Assembly (NCBI GenBank): GCA_047601445.1
Contig: JASGJH010000001.1
Coordinates: 4,448,001 to 4,512,000 of the forward strand
Source of the DNA: Myxococcales bacterium
GTDB taxonomy: Bacteria > Myxococcota_A > Polyangia > Polyangiales > DASUME01
Length of the DNA: 64,000 bases
Reading direction: 5' to 3'
The notes beneath the pieces are model-generated. The model was not told the DNA's origin. It ran no database searches and was given only the letters and a program-made list of their open reading frames with translations. Positions 31,178 to 41,395 of this stretch are shown in pieces. Every line of letters begins with the position of its first letter. Positions within the stretch are counted from its first letter, which is position 1. Both the position numbers and the translations under genes were made by a program.

Positions 31178-31873
31178 ATGAATGACAAGGACCAATTGGA
31201 GATAGACATTCTGGACAGGCTGGCCGACGTCTTGATGGTGCTGTCCGAAGTCACCTCCAGCGACTACTCGAGTCGTCTCAAATCCGACCTGTCCGACGAT
31301 CATCCGATCAGCGCGCTCTACAAGGGGATCAATGAGACCGTCGAGTCCCTCGCGGCCACCCACGCCCGGATGACAGCCTATCAGGCCGAGCTCGAAGAGA
31401 AGCTGCTCACCATCGAGCGCCAGCGCGCTGCGATCCACGAGCTCTCCACACCCGTGATTGAGATCTGGGAGGGCGTGGTCTGCCTGCCCGTGGTGGGCGT
31501 CATGGACACGGCGCGAAGCGCGGACATGACCGAGGCGGTGCTCAAGGCAGTGGTCGAAAAGAGCGCCCGGTGCGCCATCATCGACATCACGGGCATCGAG
31601 ATCATGGACACGGGCACGGCGGACCACTTCATCCGCATGGCCAAGGCCATCCGCTTGTTGGGCGCGCGCTGCGTGCTCACCGGGATTAGCCCCACGATCG
31701 CCCAAACCATCGTCCACATGGGAGTGCAGCTGGACGGTGTGACCACGCGGCGCTGCCTGCGCGATGCGCTGCAAGACTTCGTCACAAGCAGCGGGCGCAA
31801 GGACGACGGTGGCCGCGCGCGCGAGCGCTCCAAGGCGGACGTGGCCGCGCCGGCCAAACGCGTTCCGCGCTGA
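31178..31873 (+). CDS. rsbR: RsbR-like STAS protein with N-terminal HAMP-like/coiled region
   Basis: ELSTPVIEIWEGVVCLPVVGVMDTARS...IIDITGI...MDT...LTGISP. Confidence 0.9.
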   Translation: MNDKDQLEIDILDRLADVLMVLSEVTSSDYSSRLKSDLSDDHPISALYKGINETVESLAATHARMTAYQAELEEKLLTIERQRAAIHELSTPVIEIWEGVVCLPVVGVMDTARSADMTEAVLKAVVEKSARCAIIDITGIEIMDTGTADHFIRMAKAIRLLGARCVLTGISPTIAQTIVHMGVQLDGVTTRRCLRDALQDFVTSSGRKDDGGRARERSKADVAAPAKRVPR

Positions 31874-31897
31874 GCTACGGCCGCGCGCCGCGGCGGA

Positions 31898-32536
31898 TCA
31901 CCTGGCAGCGTAGCTGCGCGCGCCTCGCGCTGCGTAAAGTGGCCTGTGCGACGACCATACTGGCAGGCAAAGCTCGTCGCTATCCTCGGCCTGCAGCTCC
32001 TTGAGCGCGAGCTGCACCGCTCGCCGATCCACGCCCAGCAAGCGGGCCGCCGCGTGTCGATTGCCACGAGTGCGGGCCAGCGCTTCCAAAACCATGGCTT
32101 CACGCACGAGCTGCTGGGCGTCCTTGAGGCTGTAGCGACCAAGCTGCGAGGCCGCCATCCGCTGCAAGGTGCTCGGCCCAAGCAGGATCTCGTCCAGACA
32201 TTTGATCATCTGCGGTGTATCGAGCGGCTTTTCGAGCAGTGCGTCCACGCCGCGTTGCGCATACTGGAAGGCGGTGCGCGCCGAGCAGCCCTCGCAGATC
32301 AGTACGATGCGCGGCCGTTCTTCGAGCCGCTCTGCATAACTGAGCGCCTGCTCCAGCTGGTGATCAGGTACGAACAAGACGGCACAGGCTTCGGGCCCCA
32401 AGCCAGCACGCAGGCTCTCGACCAGCGAGACCGTCGTGAGCTTCCGAAAACCGAGCTCCTCGCACACGCGCTCGATGATCAGCGCGTCATTCGTGTCCAG
32501 GCCAGCCACGGCGAAGCCCAACGTATTCTCGAACAT
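31898..32536 (-). CDS. atypical response regulator (receiver-like + Fis-type HTH)
   Basis: GVDALLEKP at the end of the receiver domain; ALARTRGNRHAAARLLGVDR HTH. Start re-called at MFENT. Confidence 0.7.
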   Translation of the reverse strand: MFENTLGFAVAGLDTNDALIIERVCEELGFRKLTTVSLVESLRAGLGPEACAVLFVPDHQLEQALSYAERLEERPRIVLICEGCSARTAFQYAQRGVDALLEKPLDTPQMIKCLDEILLGPSTLQRMAASQLGRYSLKDAQQLVREAMVLEALARTRGNRHAAARLLGVDRRAVQLALKELQAEDSDELCLPVWSSHRPLYAARGARSYAAR

Positions 32537-32829
32537 CTCCAAGGCACACCCCAACCTGGTAGGTCGGAAAAAGCTAACACAACCGATCGGCACATGAGGT
32601 CGAACCGGCGCAGGGATCGCCTGATTTGGGGTCGCAGAACGCTTTGGACCGCAAGCCACCTTGACGGCAGCGGCGACGGCATTTCCTCCTCGTCACGTTG
32701 ATCTCAAGGTCTCTAGCCACCAACGGTCGCAAGCCCGCTTGCTGGTCGCTTCCCGGGAATGGTGCTCAGGCCCGGTCGGCTCGTTCGACACGCTTGGCGT
32801 GCAGCATTCGCATCCTCGTAGGCAACGAC

Positions 32830-34023
32830 TCAAGGTACCAGGCACTCGTTCACGCACGAGAACTGATCGCAGACCTCGACCACCGCAGTAGCGGCCCCGA
32901 GCGCATAGGCGCTATCAAAGAAGCGATCGTTGACGTCTTCGATGTTCTCCGACTCCGCGCCTGCGGCGATCTGCTGCTTGCAAGGACCGGCGGCCGCCGC
33001 GTAGGTCGACCCGAAGCAAGGGTTGGGGTCGACGCCGATGCCGCAGAAGCAATCGCTGATCCAGAGGTTGCCCTGCGAGTCAGGGCCAGCGCAGCCGGTG
33101 GTGTGAATGCACTCGAGGATGTGCCGGAAGATCTCCGCCCGCGGCTGGCCTGAGTATGGATTGGCTGCCATCACGGCGGTCGTCCCGACCAGCGCCGCGC
33201 CCGTCTGATAGTGGTCGGGGCAGAGGCTCGCGCCGTTGTGCTCGCTCAACTCGCAGGCAAGGCAGGCATCGGCGCCCGCGTCGGGCAGATTCCGATTCAC
33301 GACCGTGATCGCAACCGACAAGCTGTCCGTGCAGTCGCCATCGGACACGGTCAAGGTCACGTTCACGGTGCCCGTCGCGGTGGCCGCAAACGTGGTGTTG
33401 GCAGCATTCGGCGAGTGAAAGGTCCCCGAGTCCGCGGTCCAGGCGTACTTGAGCGTGGTGGGCCCCAGGTCGTAGTCGTCCGCCCCGGATGCGAGGGAGG
33501 TGCTCTGTCCCGGGCCAATGCTCGAGGGAATGGCCGTGATCCAGAGGACGTCCGGGCACACGTTGAGGTCGCCGCTCACGAGGACGGGCGGGGCCTCCGC
33601 GGCCTGCCTGCGACACTGCAGGTGCGTCATCACCGCGGTCTGCGTGCCGGCGTTCACCGTGAACGTGGCCTGGCCCGCGCAGGTCGCGCTGCCGTCGATC
33701 GCCGTTGCTGTCAGCGTCAGGCGGTAGTCTTCCCCGGGGGGAAGACCCTGGATGAGACCGCTGAACGTTGAGCCTGTGCCAGGGGCCGCGAAGGTGCCCT
33801 GTCGGATCAGGGTGTCGCGCTCCACCTTCCACTGGATCGCGTTGATGGAGACGCCCGTGCCGAGCAACAGCGTCAGCTGCGTGTCACCCAAGGTCGAGGG
33901 GATGTCACCCTCGGAACCCGCCGCCTGGGATGCATCATGGCAACCCATGCTTCCCGAGAGGACCAACACCAGCAGAGCCAACGCCAAACCGACAACGCGC
34001 TCATCGCGACCACGTCTAATCAC
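32830..34023 (-). CDS. Cys-rich lipoprotein with Ig/PKD-like domains
   Basis: SMG-C lipobox; YAWTADSG...VTLTVSDG; Cys-rich C-terminus. Start re-called at GTG 34023. Confidence 0.7.
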   Translation of the reverse strand: MIRRGRDERVVGLALALLVLVLSGSMGCHDASQAAGSEGDIPSTLGDTQLTLLLGTGVSINAIQWKVERDTLIRQGTFAAPGTGSTFSGLIQGLPPGEDYRLTLTATAIDGSATCAGQATFTVNAGTQTAVMTHLQCRRQAAEAPPVLVSGDLNVCPDVLWITAIPSSIGPGQSTSLASGADDYDLGPTTLKYAWTADSGTFHSPNAANTTFAATATGTVNVTLTVSDGDCTDSLSVAITVVNRNLPDAGADACLACELSEHNGASLCPDHYQTGAALVGTTAVMAANPYSGQPRAEIFRHILECIHTTGCAGPDSQGNLWISDCFCGIGVDPNPCFGSTYAAAAGPCKQQIAAGAESENIEDVNDRFFDSAYALGAATAVVEVCDQFSCVNECLVP

Positions 34024-34269
34024 GGAATCCTCCTCACGGCCGTGGCAAAGCCTGGCGTTCCCACGACAGCGCTCGGACAGGAGCGGGATTGCTGGGGCCG
34101 CGAAGCCCGTGAGCAATAAGCGGACCGTGTAGGGAGGCGCACGAGCAGAGCTGAATGCATCACCCTGCCAGCGGGCATCTCGGATCACCCCGAGTCCAGG
34201 ATCGATGCTGCAGGGCGCTGCGCGCTCACCCTGGCGGGGACGGGGGCCTGGCACTATTCAGAGAACACG

Positions 34270-35142
34270 ATGTCCAGCGCTCGTATGCTGCTGTTCTTCG
34301 CCCTTGCCGTGGGCTGCGGTAACGCCCGCCGCGAGGCAGTCCCCGCCCGTCAGGAGAGTCCTCCTGCTGAAGTGACCCATCCGGCGCCGCCTGCCAGTGA
34401 GCTGATCTGGGAGGGCGAAAGCGCCGGCTTTCACATCCGCTGGACCACGAGCGACGTGTTGGTCACCCAACCCGCTCGCGGCGAGGTCTTCTCGGTGGCG
34501 CGGGAGGTGAGAGCGGAGCTCGAAGCTGAGCTTGCCGCGCTCAAAGCGGGCGGCGGCTCCGATTGGGTGCAAGGCACGTGCAACCGCGGAAGTAGCGTGG
34601 TGCTGCTGTCCGTGGTCGGCTCCCTCCTGAGCTATCGAGAGGAGCGATCGACGACCTGTCCGTGGCAAGCTCATGATTTTGAGGAGACATTCTATCGGAC
34701 GCGAGATTTGACCAACGGCACCAACGCCTCGCTCTCGTCGTTGTTTCCGGCCGCCGACGTGTTCAGCGCGTTGCGCCGTGACAAGCTGGTGATGGCTGCG
34801 CTCAAGGACGGTTCCGAACGACCGCGAAGGTTGTCAGAGCTGGTCGGAGCGCTCGCCCCCGTGTACACGGACACGCAGTGCTTCTCCTTTCCGGACGACG
34901 TGTTGACTCGCTTTGCCTTTCACCATCTGGAGCAGGACAAGATCGCCGTGAGGATTGGGCTACCGGGCGCGGGCCTGTGTCGAACCAACCTCACCCAGCT
35001 GGGGCTGCTGCTGCCGGTTCCTCCGTCTCTGCGTGAGGCGCTCGGAAAGGCCGCTGAATTGCGCGAAGGATGGCTTGCAAGCTCCCTGCAAAGCATCGCG
35101 AAGGGCCGGGGGACGGGGCTCAGCATGGACGCGACGCCGTGA
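34270..35142 (+). CDS. hypothetical lipoprotein
   Basis: AVG-C lipobox; 290 aa. Confidence 0.65.
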   Translation: MSSARMLLFFALAVGCGNARREAVPARQESPPAEVTHPAPPASELIWEGESAGFHIRWTTSDVLVTQPARGEVFSVAREVRAELEAELAALKAGGGSDWVQGTCNRGSSVVLLSVVGSLLSYREERSTTCPWQAHDFEETFYRTRDLTNGTNASLSSLFPAADVFSALRRDKLVMAALKDGSERPRRLSELVGALAPVYTDTQCFSFPDDVLTRFAFHHLEQDKIAVRIGLPGAGLCRTNLTQLGLLLPVPPSLREALGKAAELREGWLASSLQSIAKGRGTGLSMDATP

Positions 35143-35158
35143 AACCTTGGCGGCCCTC

Positions 35159-37093
35159 CTACGGGGTCTGCTTGGACAGCTCCTCGTCCGGATCGTCTGC
35201 CCAGGCGCTCACCCAGGTGCCCTCGCGCTCCACGGTGCGCAAAAAGGCGTCGTAGTAATCGTGGCCGCCGAGCGTGGCGCTGTCGCCGAGCACCAGGAGA
35301 AAGCGCTTGGCGCGCGTGAGCGCCACGTTCATACGGCGAATGTCGGTGAGAAAGCCGAGGGCGCGGTCGGGGTTGCTGCGCACGAGGTCGACGATGATGG
35401 CCTCTTTCTCACGGCCTTGAAAGCCATCGACCGTTCCGATCTCCAGGCCCTGCCCTCGCTCCTCCGCGAGCAGGCTGCGCAGCAGCCGGGCCTGGGCCTC
35501 GTAGGGTGTGATCACCGCGACCTGGTCGGGAGCGAGACCGCGACGCAAGAGACGCTTGAGCTCGGCTGCCGCGCGCTCTGCCTGCTGCGGATTGCGGGAG
35601 CTTGGGTCATTGCTGGCGTGCTCTTCCTCCCAGCCCCGACCGGCGCTGTCGATGAACACCAGAACGCCCGGCCTCAGGGAGTCGGGGCGCATACCGAGCT
35701 CTTCGAGCGTGTGCTGGGCGACCGACGGCGTCGCCAGCAGCTGCCCCTGGTACATGCTCTGAGAGGGGAAGTGCATCAGCGTCTCGTGCATGCGGTGCTG
35801 CACGCGCAACAGCGCCACGAGCTCCGGCTGCATGGTCGCCACGCGCTCGAACCAGGTGCTGGCCAGGCCATTGTGCGCCGCTTCCTCGTCGATCACCGTG
35901 GGAGGAAGCTGCATCGGATCGCCAGCGAGCACGGCCTTGGGTGCCTTCAGCAGCGCGATCAGGGACATCGGATCGGGCGCCTGCGTAGCTTCGTCGATCA
36001 CCACGCGATCCACCGGGAAGCGCTGCATGAGCTTGGAATCGGCCCCTGCGCAGGTGGCACAGATCACCTTCGCCTGGGCAAGCACCAGGTCCTGCGCCGA
36101 GGCGAGCAGCGCGCGTGCGTCACCGATCAAGCGCGAAGCCTCTTGCAGCATGCCGCGTCGCTCGCGGTAGGTGATGGCGCCGCGTGCCAGGCGCTTGTCT
36201 GCGGTGCGCCGCAGCTGCTCTGCCTCTCGGTTCCAGGTCCTGGCCAGCTTCGAAGCGTCACTGACTTCCACCAGGGCATCCAGTGTTGCACCCTCGACTT
36301 CGGGCGAGACTCGCGCTGGATGCCCGAGACGAACCAGGGGAACACGATGCGCGATCAGGCGCTCGGCCAGGTTGTCGACCGCGGTGTTGCTGGCCGCCGT
36401 CACCAACACCCGCTCGCCTCGCTGCACGCACTGACGGATCACCTCGACGAGTGTGCGCGTCTTGCCGGTCCCTGGCGGGCCGTGGATAAGGGAGAGCGGC
36501 GCGGCGGCGAGGGCGAGCGAGACCGCGACGCGTTGAGGCGGATTGAGCTCGCCATCGAGAAACGTGGGCTCGGAAGCTTGCGACAGCTTCGACGTTCCCC
36601 GCAAGAGCGCCTCACGCAGGATCGCTTCGGGCGAGCCCGTGCGCGCTGCGATGAGCCGCGTGATCGCGCGCTCTCCACGATCAAAGGTGGACTCGGGGGC
36701 CTCACGGTCTAGCTGAAATCCGCCGTCCCAGATCCGTTCGGGCACGTCGCCATCGACGACGAGCGCGAGCTTGCCCCTGGCGCGGCGCGAGACCACCGCG
36801 GAGATCGCTTCGGGCTCATCGGGCGCCTGCCACCAGAGGCTCACCGGTTCGCCGTTGGAGATGCGGACATCGTCCAGATCGATCGAGCCGCGTGTCTCCA
36901 GCCACAAGCGCAAGCGGCCCCCTGCCACCGCTTCGGCGTCGCTCACGTGCAAGTCCTCGAGTGCAAGGCCGCGCTCCACGCGCTCCGCGAGCGACAGCGT
37001 GCTTCGCTCCTGCCGAAAGCGCTCGCGGGTCGCCAAGCGCTCGCGCAGCCACAGGGCCTTGAGCCGCTCTAGGGTGAAGTCAGGAGGTGCCAC
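35159..37093 (-). CDS. IGHMBP2/UPF1-like superfamily 1B helicase
   Basis: HGPPGTGKT, ASNTAVDNL, DEATQ, GDPMQLPP, QHRM, TVDGFQGREKE, RRMNVALTRAK. Confidence 0.93.
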   Translation of the reverse strand: MAPPDFTLERLKALWLRERLATRERFRQERSTLSLAERVERGLALEDLHVSDAEAVAGGRLRLWLETRGSIDLDDVRISNGEPVSLWWQAPDEPEAISAVVSRRARGKLALVVDGDVPERIWDGGFQLDREAPESTFDRGERAITRLIAARTGSPEAILREALLRGTSKLSQASEPTFLDGELNPPQRVAVSLALAAAPLSLIHGPPGTGKTRTLVEVIRQCVQRGERVLVTAASNTAVDNLAERLIAHRVPLVRLGHPARVSPEVEGATLDALVEVSDASKLARTWNREAEQLRRTADKRLARGAITYRERRGMLQEASRLIGDARALLASAQDLVLAQAKVICATCAGADSKLMQRFPVDRVVIDEATQAPDPMSLIALLKAPKAVLAGDPMQLPPTVIDEEAAHNGLASTWFERVATMQPELVALLRVQHRMHETLMHFPSQSMYQGQLLATPSVAQHTLEELGMRPDSLRPGVLVFIDSAGRGWEEEHASNDPSSRNPQQAERAAAELKRLLRRGLAPDQVAVITPYEAQARLLRSLLAEERGQGLEIGTVDGFQGREKEAIIVDLVRSNPDRALGFLTDIRRMNVALTRAKRFLLVLGDSATLGGHDYYDAFLRTVEREGTWVSAWADDPDEELSKQTP

Positions 37094-37201
37094 GACCAGG
37101 GCGTGATGAAGGAACGGCCCTTGGCGTGCAAGGCGAGGATTGACCTGTCGTTCTTGCGCCCGCCCTCGTTTCCACTCCGATTTCCTTGCCGGCTGTAGTG
37201 C

Positions 37202-38398
37202 TCAGTCGGAGCGTGGGCGTCGTTTGAATCGGCGCAACATCATGGCGAATCCGACGAGTGCGAGCCAGGCCCCGCCTGAGCGCGACTGTTCTGCGCCTAC
37301 GCTGCAGCCCGAGTCGTCCTTCTTCGACGGTTTGGGCTCGCAGCGGGGATCCTCGTTCGGGCACTCGGCGCTGGCATCGACGGTGCCCGCATCATTCTTG
37401 GCCGGCCCTCCCGTTCCCTGCCCCATGTCGCCAGCTCCAGAGTCGCTGTCGCTGGTTCCAGAATCGACGTCCCCGTCACCCGTTCCCGGATCTACCCCGG
37501 CGTCGCCGCCCGTCGTGACGCCCAGCGTACAGTCGTTGTGGCAGGCGTCCGCGTCGACCTTGTTGCCGTCGTCGCAGGCCTCGCCTGCCGACTTCTTGCC
37601 GTCGCCGCAGTAGAGCCGCTTGCACTCCCTGCTGCAGGAGTCGCCGTCGACGAAGTTGCCGTCGTCGCACTCTTCGGGGGTCTTGAGATGACCGTCGCCG
37701 CAATAGCTGTCGTTGCAGCTATTGTTGCACTCGTTGGTATCGTCGTTGTCGCCGTCATCGCAGCCTTCGAGGCCTTCGAGCGTGCTGTTGCCGCAGTCCG
37801 ACGCCGGCAGCGTGCCCAGCTGCCCCGCATTGTTGCGCGGCGAGGGCACGGCGAGCTGGAAATCCGTGAAGCTATCGTTTGTGTCGTCGGCCCCTTCGAG
37901 CGTCGCGTTGGATTTCGTGCTGCGTTCGAATGACTTACCTCGTGGGATCCCGTCGCCGGGCCCCGCCGGATGCCCGGTTCCGCTCGTCGGACCCGTGTAG
38001 TTTCCCCACGAGACGCAGTCGATGGTCTCGAAGCAGATCTTCCCGCCCAGTGGATCGATGGGATTTGCCAGCGTAAGGTCGGCGACGATGTTGAACTTCG
38101 TCTGCGCTTCCGCGGTGGCGATCAGCACGCTGTCTTGGTTCAGCGCCGAAGACACATTTGCCGCGAACGTCGCCTCTTGGACGAGCGCCCCGTCGCTTCC
38201 GTAGATCAGCACAGAGTGGCCGCTGAGCTTGTTCTGGCCGGCCGCGTACATCTGCAGCTCGATATAGGACGAGTTGAGCCCGAGGTAGTAGCCAGTGAAC
38301 ACCTCGCGAATGCTCATCAGATGGTGATCGGCGCGGGCGGGCATCGAGGCCAGCAGAGCGCCGATGCTGAGGGCGATTCCAAGGCTTGGGCGTTTCAA
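37202..38398 (-). CDS. secreted protein with myxobacterial Cys-rich (DUF4215-like) repeats and MYXO-CTERM-like anchor
   Basis: Signal ending ARA; three CG(D/N)...E.CDDG repeats; DDSGCSVG...hydrophobic...RR tail. Start re-called at TTG 38398. Confidence 0.8.
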   Translation of the reverse strand: MKRPSLGIALSIGALLASMPARADHHLMSIREVFTGYYLGLNSSYIELQMYAAGQNKLSGHSVLIYGSDGALVQEATFAANVSSALNQDSVLIATAEAQTKFNIVADLTLANPIDPLGGKICFETIDCVSWGNYTGPTSGTGHPAGPGDGIPRGKSFERSTKSNATLEGADDTNDSFTDFQLAVPSPRNNAGQLGTLPASDCGNSTLEGLEGCDDGDNDDTNECNNSCNDSYCGDGHLKTPEECDDGNFVDGDSCSRECKRLYCGDGKKSAGEACDDGNKVDADACHNDCTLGVTTGGDAGVDPGTGDGDVDSGTSDSDSGAGDMGQGTGGPAKNDAGTVDASAECPNEDPRCEPKPSKKDDSGCSVGAEQSRSGGAWLALVGFAMMLRRFKRRPRSD

Positions 38399-38545
38399 GA
38401 GAGCTCCTAGTGTGTGAGACCGCAGGCGCTGGCCGGTCCGTTCGGGGCAAGCTGCTCGGAACGGGGTTGCCCTCACTGCGGACGACCTCAAGGTAGCGCC
38501 TTTTGTACCCGGAAGAGGAGCGGATGCTGGGGTGAGCGTCGTCAA

Positions 38546-39346
38546 TCACTCGGCGACGAACGGGATCTCCACGATCACCGTTCCACCTCCATTCGGCTTC
38601 GGCATGGACCAGCGCCGCACGGCATGGACGATGCAGCAGCCGACTAGCGCCTCGCCGGCTCCGTTGTCCACGAGCGCGGCAGACTGGATGCCCCCGTCGG
38701 GGCCGATCACGAACTGGGTGACGACACGACCACCGACATAGGGCAACACACCGATTGCGTCGATGAAGCAGCGCTGAAGGTCGCCGATTTGCACTCGAAC
38801 CGCATTGTGGATCACGTCCTTGAGTAGCCAGCCAATCGGCGAGGAGTCGAACCGGAGGTCTTCCCGTGCGACCCGCCCATAGAGCACGCTATCCGGCGGC
38901 AGGGTCGCCTGGGCCCGGTGCAGCTCATCGAAAACGCATGCGAGGGTCTCGGGGGACGGCAGCTCGCCAGGTTGCTCCCCCGCGATCTCCACGCGCCCGT
39001 CGCGCAGCACCACGTGCACCTCGTGGTCTGAAGTGGCGTCGAAGCAGGCCGAGAGAGCCGAGGCGTGGGCAGCGAGTGGCTCGGAGACCTCTGGAAGCGT
39101 CTTGCCGACAGGCTCGAAGTCGCTGGGCTCGCAAGCGCCGTGGGCAGCGACGTAGGCGCGCACGCCTTGCTGCGGGTCATTGGGCGCCTGCGGCTGGTGT
39201 CGAGCTGGTGATGAGCACGCGAGGGTCGCGAGCAACCATGCTGAGCACACTCGCGGAGGGCATTGCAGAAGATCGAACCGGCGAAAAGCGTTGAACATGC
39301 GCTGCAACATCCCCCGTGCTCGCCGTCCCTCGCGCGGCGCGGGCAC
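38546..39346 (-). CDS. lipoprotein with AgmX/PglI C-terminal (TonB-C-like) domain
   Basis: LA-C lipobox; LQRCF...GRVVTQFVIGPDG...CIVHAVRRWSMPKPNGGGTVIVEIPF. Start uncertain. Confidence 0.75.
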   Translation of the reverse strand: MPAPREGRRARGMLQRMFNAFRRFDLLQCPPRVCSAWLLATLACSSPARHQPQAPNDPQQGVRAYVAAHGACEPSDFEPVGKTLPEVSEPLAAHASALSACFDATSDHEVHVVLRDGRVEIAGEQPGELPSPETLACVFDELHRAQATLPPDSVLYGRVAREDLRFDSSPIGWLLKDVIHNAVRVQIGDLQRCFIDAIGVLPYVGGRVVTQFVIGPDGGIQSAALVDNGAGEALVGCCIVHAVRRWSMPKPNGGGTVIVEIPFVAE

Positions 39347-39448
39347 GGCTTTCCTTCGCCTTCTAGGCTACAGGCCTCAAGGCAGCCAGCGGAAGAGCGA
39401 CCCGGCGCACCCGTGCGCGCGCGACTTCGAAGTCGTGCATGTTCGATC

Positions 39449-39751
39449 TCACGCAAATGCCGGCGCGCTCTGTTCGGCCAGCTGCCTAAACAACACGACC
39501 AGCTCCTGTGTGGTCGACGTTGGAAACCGACTCGCGTGCTTCGCTTCAGGCCTTTCCAGGCATTTCCTGAGGACGCGATTCGCTTCTGCCCTGGCGCGCT
39601 CGAGCCGCGCCACGTTCGCGCGCTGGGCTCGCACTAACTCCTGCTCGTGAGCGCGGCAAAAGCGTAAGAGCCGCTCGAGCGTGCGCAACACGTCCAGCTG
39701 AGCAGCCTCGATGTCGGCGAGAAGGCCGGCAAAGTCCGCAGCGATGGTCAT
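39449..39751 (-). CDS. hypothetical helical protein
   Basis: 100-aa ORF filling the gap; no recognisable motif. Confidence 0.35.
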   Translation of the reverse strand: MTIAADFAGLLADIEAAQLDVLRTLERLLRFCRAHEQELVRAQRANVARLERARAEANRVLRKCLERPEAKHASRFPTSTTQELVVLFRQLAEQSAPAFA

Positions 39752-39850
39752 AGGAGTGACCGGGCACTACAAAGCAAGCAGTCTGCATCGGCGAGTTCGT
39801 GTGAGCGGCATTAGTCATTGTCACCTCTTCGGTCCACGTCCGTTCTCTCT

Positions 39851-40153
39851 CTACTCACAGACCTCCCCCGCATCGCAAGCGCACCCGCGCCCCTTGTGAC
39901 AGCTCTTCTCCCGACTGATGCACGAGTCCCCGCAAGCCTGCCCCTTCGAACAGACCTTGCAGCACGACTCCTCGGGCACGCACGCGAGCATCACCGCATC
40001 GCCCGCGCCATGATCCGCGACCACCACGCGCCGCGCACCATCCGCCTCCGCGTCTCCGCCCACTGAGGCCCGAGCCTCCGCGCTCCACAGCCCGAGCGCG
40101 TACCCAACGAGTCCTACGGCGATCGGCCCAAGAAGTGCGCGCGTGCTCGGCAT
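39851..40153 (-). CDS. small secreted Cys-rich protein
   Basis: Hydrophobic N-terminus; C-terminal CCKVCSKGQACGDSCISREKSCHKGRGCAC. Confidence 0.75.
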   Translation of the reverse strand: MPSTRALLGPIAVGLVGYALGLWSAEARASVGGDAEADGARRVVVADHGAGDAVMLACVPEESCCKVCSKGQACGDSCISREKSCHKGRGCACDAGEVCE

Positions 40154-40325
40154 CCTTTCATCATCCCGAAATCCCGCGGGCCCGCGCAATCCACAGCGCG
40201 TGAGGACAGGTTGGTGCGCGACGGATAGTCAATCGTTCGCCACCCATTGATCGCCGTTCAATCCTCGCATTTCCGCGATCCCACGCACGATTCGCGCGCT
40301 CGACGTTAGCCCGTCCCGCAACGCG
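40015..40325 (+). repeat. second copy of a ~0.3-kb dispersed direct repeat (first copy 8925-9205)
   Basis: Shared blocks such as CCGCGACCACCACGCGCCGCGCACCATCCGCCTCCGCGTCTCCGCCC and CGCGCAATCCACAGCGCGTGAGGACAG. Confidence 0.9.
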
Positions 40326-40540
40326 CCCTGCCCTACCCGCTCCCTACCCGGGGTGGCGCACAAAGTAGACGCGCAGATTTTGCTCACAGGTCGAAACTGG
40401 CCAGTCGTACTATCCATCCAAGGGACAGGCCCGGAGCGACTCCTCTCGTCGCTTCGTTGGGGTTCGCGCGCGCTCGTTCACGTCGCGCGGCGAGCTCGGT
40501 GCACCCGTGCGCAGTTCACTCGCCTTTGACCAGGGAACCC

Positions 40541-41395
40541 ATGACCCTCGCCAACTACGCCGTCGCCAACGCCAACGCACCGGTCGCCATCAGCCCCGGC
40601 ATCTCCGCACCCGCCGGCCCCAAGTTCCCCGACCTACTCGGACCCGGCGCACCCGTACGCGCGCGCGACTTCGAAGCCCAAGGCAACGCGCTCCATCGCA
40701 ACATCGCCATCGCAGTGTGGGGCATCGCCATGCTCGGCCTCGTGGTCGGCACCATGGGCGCATTCCTCGGCCTGCTCATCCTCGGCTGGCTCATCGCGCA
40801 CGTCATGCGCAAGCGCATCCAGGCCCAAATCAAAGGCACCTGCCTCGAGGTCGGCCCCAACCAGCTCCCCGAGATCTACGCCTGCACCAAAGCCTTCGCC
40901 GAACGCCTCGGCCTCAAAGAAGTCCCCCACATCTACATCGCCGAAGGCAACACCGCCAACGCCGCCGCCGTCCGCCTCGGCTCCCGCAACATCGTCTTCC
41001 TCATCGACGACATCGTCTGGGGAGCCCTCAAAGCCGGCGACCCCAACGCCCTCTCCTTCATCATCGCCCACGAACTAGCCCACCACGCCCTCGGGCATAC
41101 CAGCTCGCTGCAGCTCTACCTCTCCACCATCTACAAGCCGCTGTCGCGGCTGAATGAGCTGAGTTGCGATGCGGTGGCGTTGCAGCTCGTGGGGAGTCGG
41201 GAGGCTGCCTACAACGGGATCATCATGCTGATGGTTGGGCCGCAGTTGGTTCCGTATGTGAACAGGGCGGCGTTGTTCGCGCAGGCGGAGCAGGTCGGGC
41301 AGGACAAGATGACGAAGAAGGCGGAGAAGGTGCACTCGCATCCGTTTGTGGCGCGAAGGTTGTGGGAGTTGAGGAACGTGGGGATGGGGCGGTGA
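40541..41395 (+). CDS. M48 family (HtpX-like) zinc metallopeptidase
   Basis: Two TM segments, NAAA, FIIAHELAH, NELSCD, HSHP. Confidence 0.88.
   Translation: MTLANYAVANANAPVAISPGISAPAGPKFPDLLGPGAPVRARDFEAQGNALHRNIAIAVWGIAMLGLVVGTMGAFLGLLILGWLIAHVMRKRIQAQIKGTCLEVGPNQLPEIYACTKAFAERLGLKEVPHIYIAEGNTANAAAVRLGSRNIVFLIDDIVWGALKAGDPNALSFIIAHELAHHALGHTSSLQLYLSTIYKPLSRLNELSCDAVALQLVGSREAAYNGIIMLMVGPQLVPYVNRAALFAQAEQVGQDKMTKKAEKVHSHPFVARRLWELRNVGMGR

Noticed and set aside
34955..36712. 585-aa + strand ORF
   Set aside because: Antisense shadow of the SF1 helicase.
8925..40325. The dispersed repeat as a DGR template/variable repeat pair
   Set aside because: The differences are not adenine-specific and include indels, and the RT has PQG rather than the DGR-type signature.
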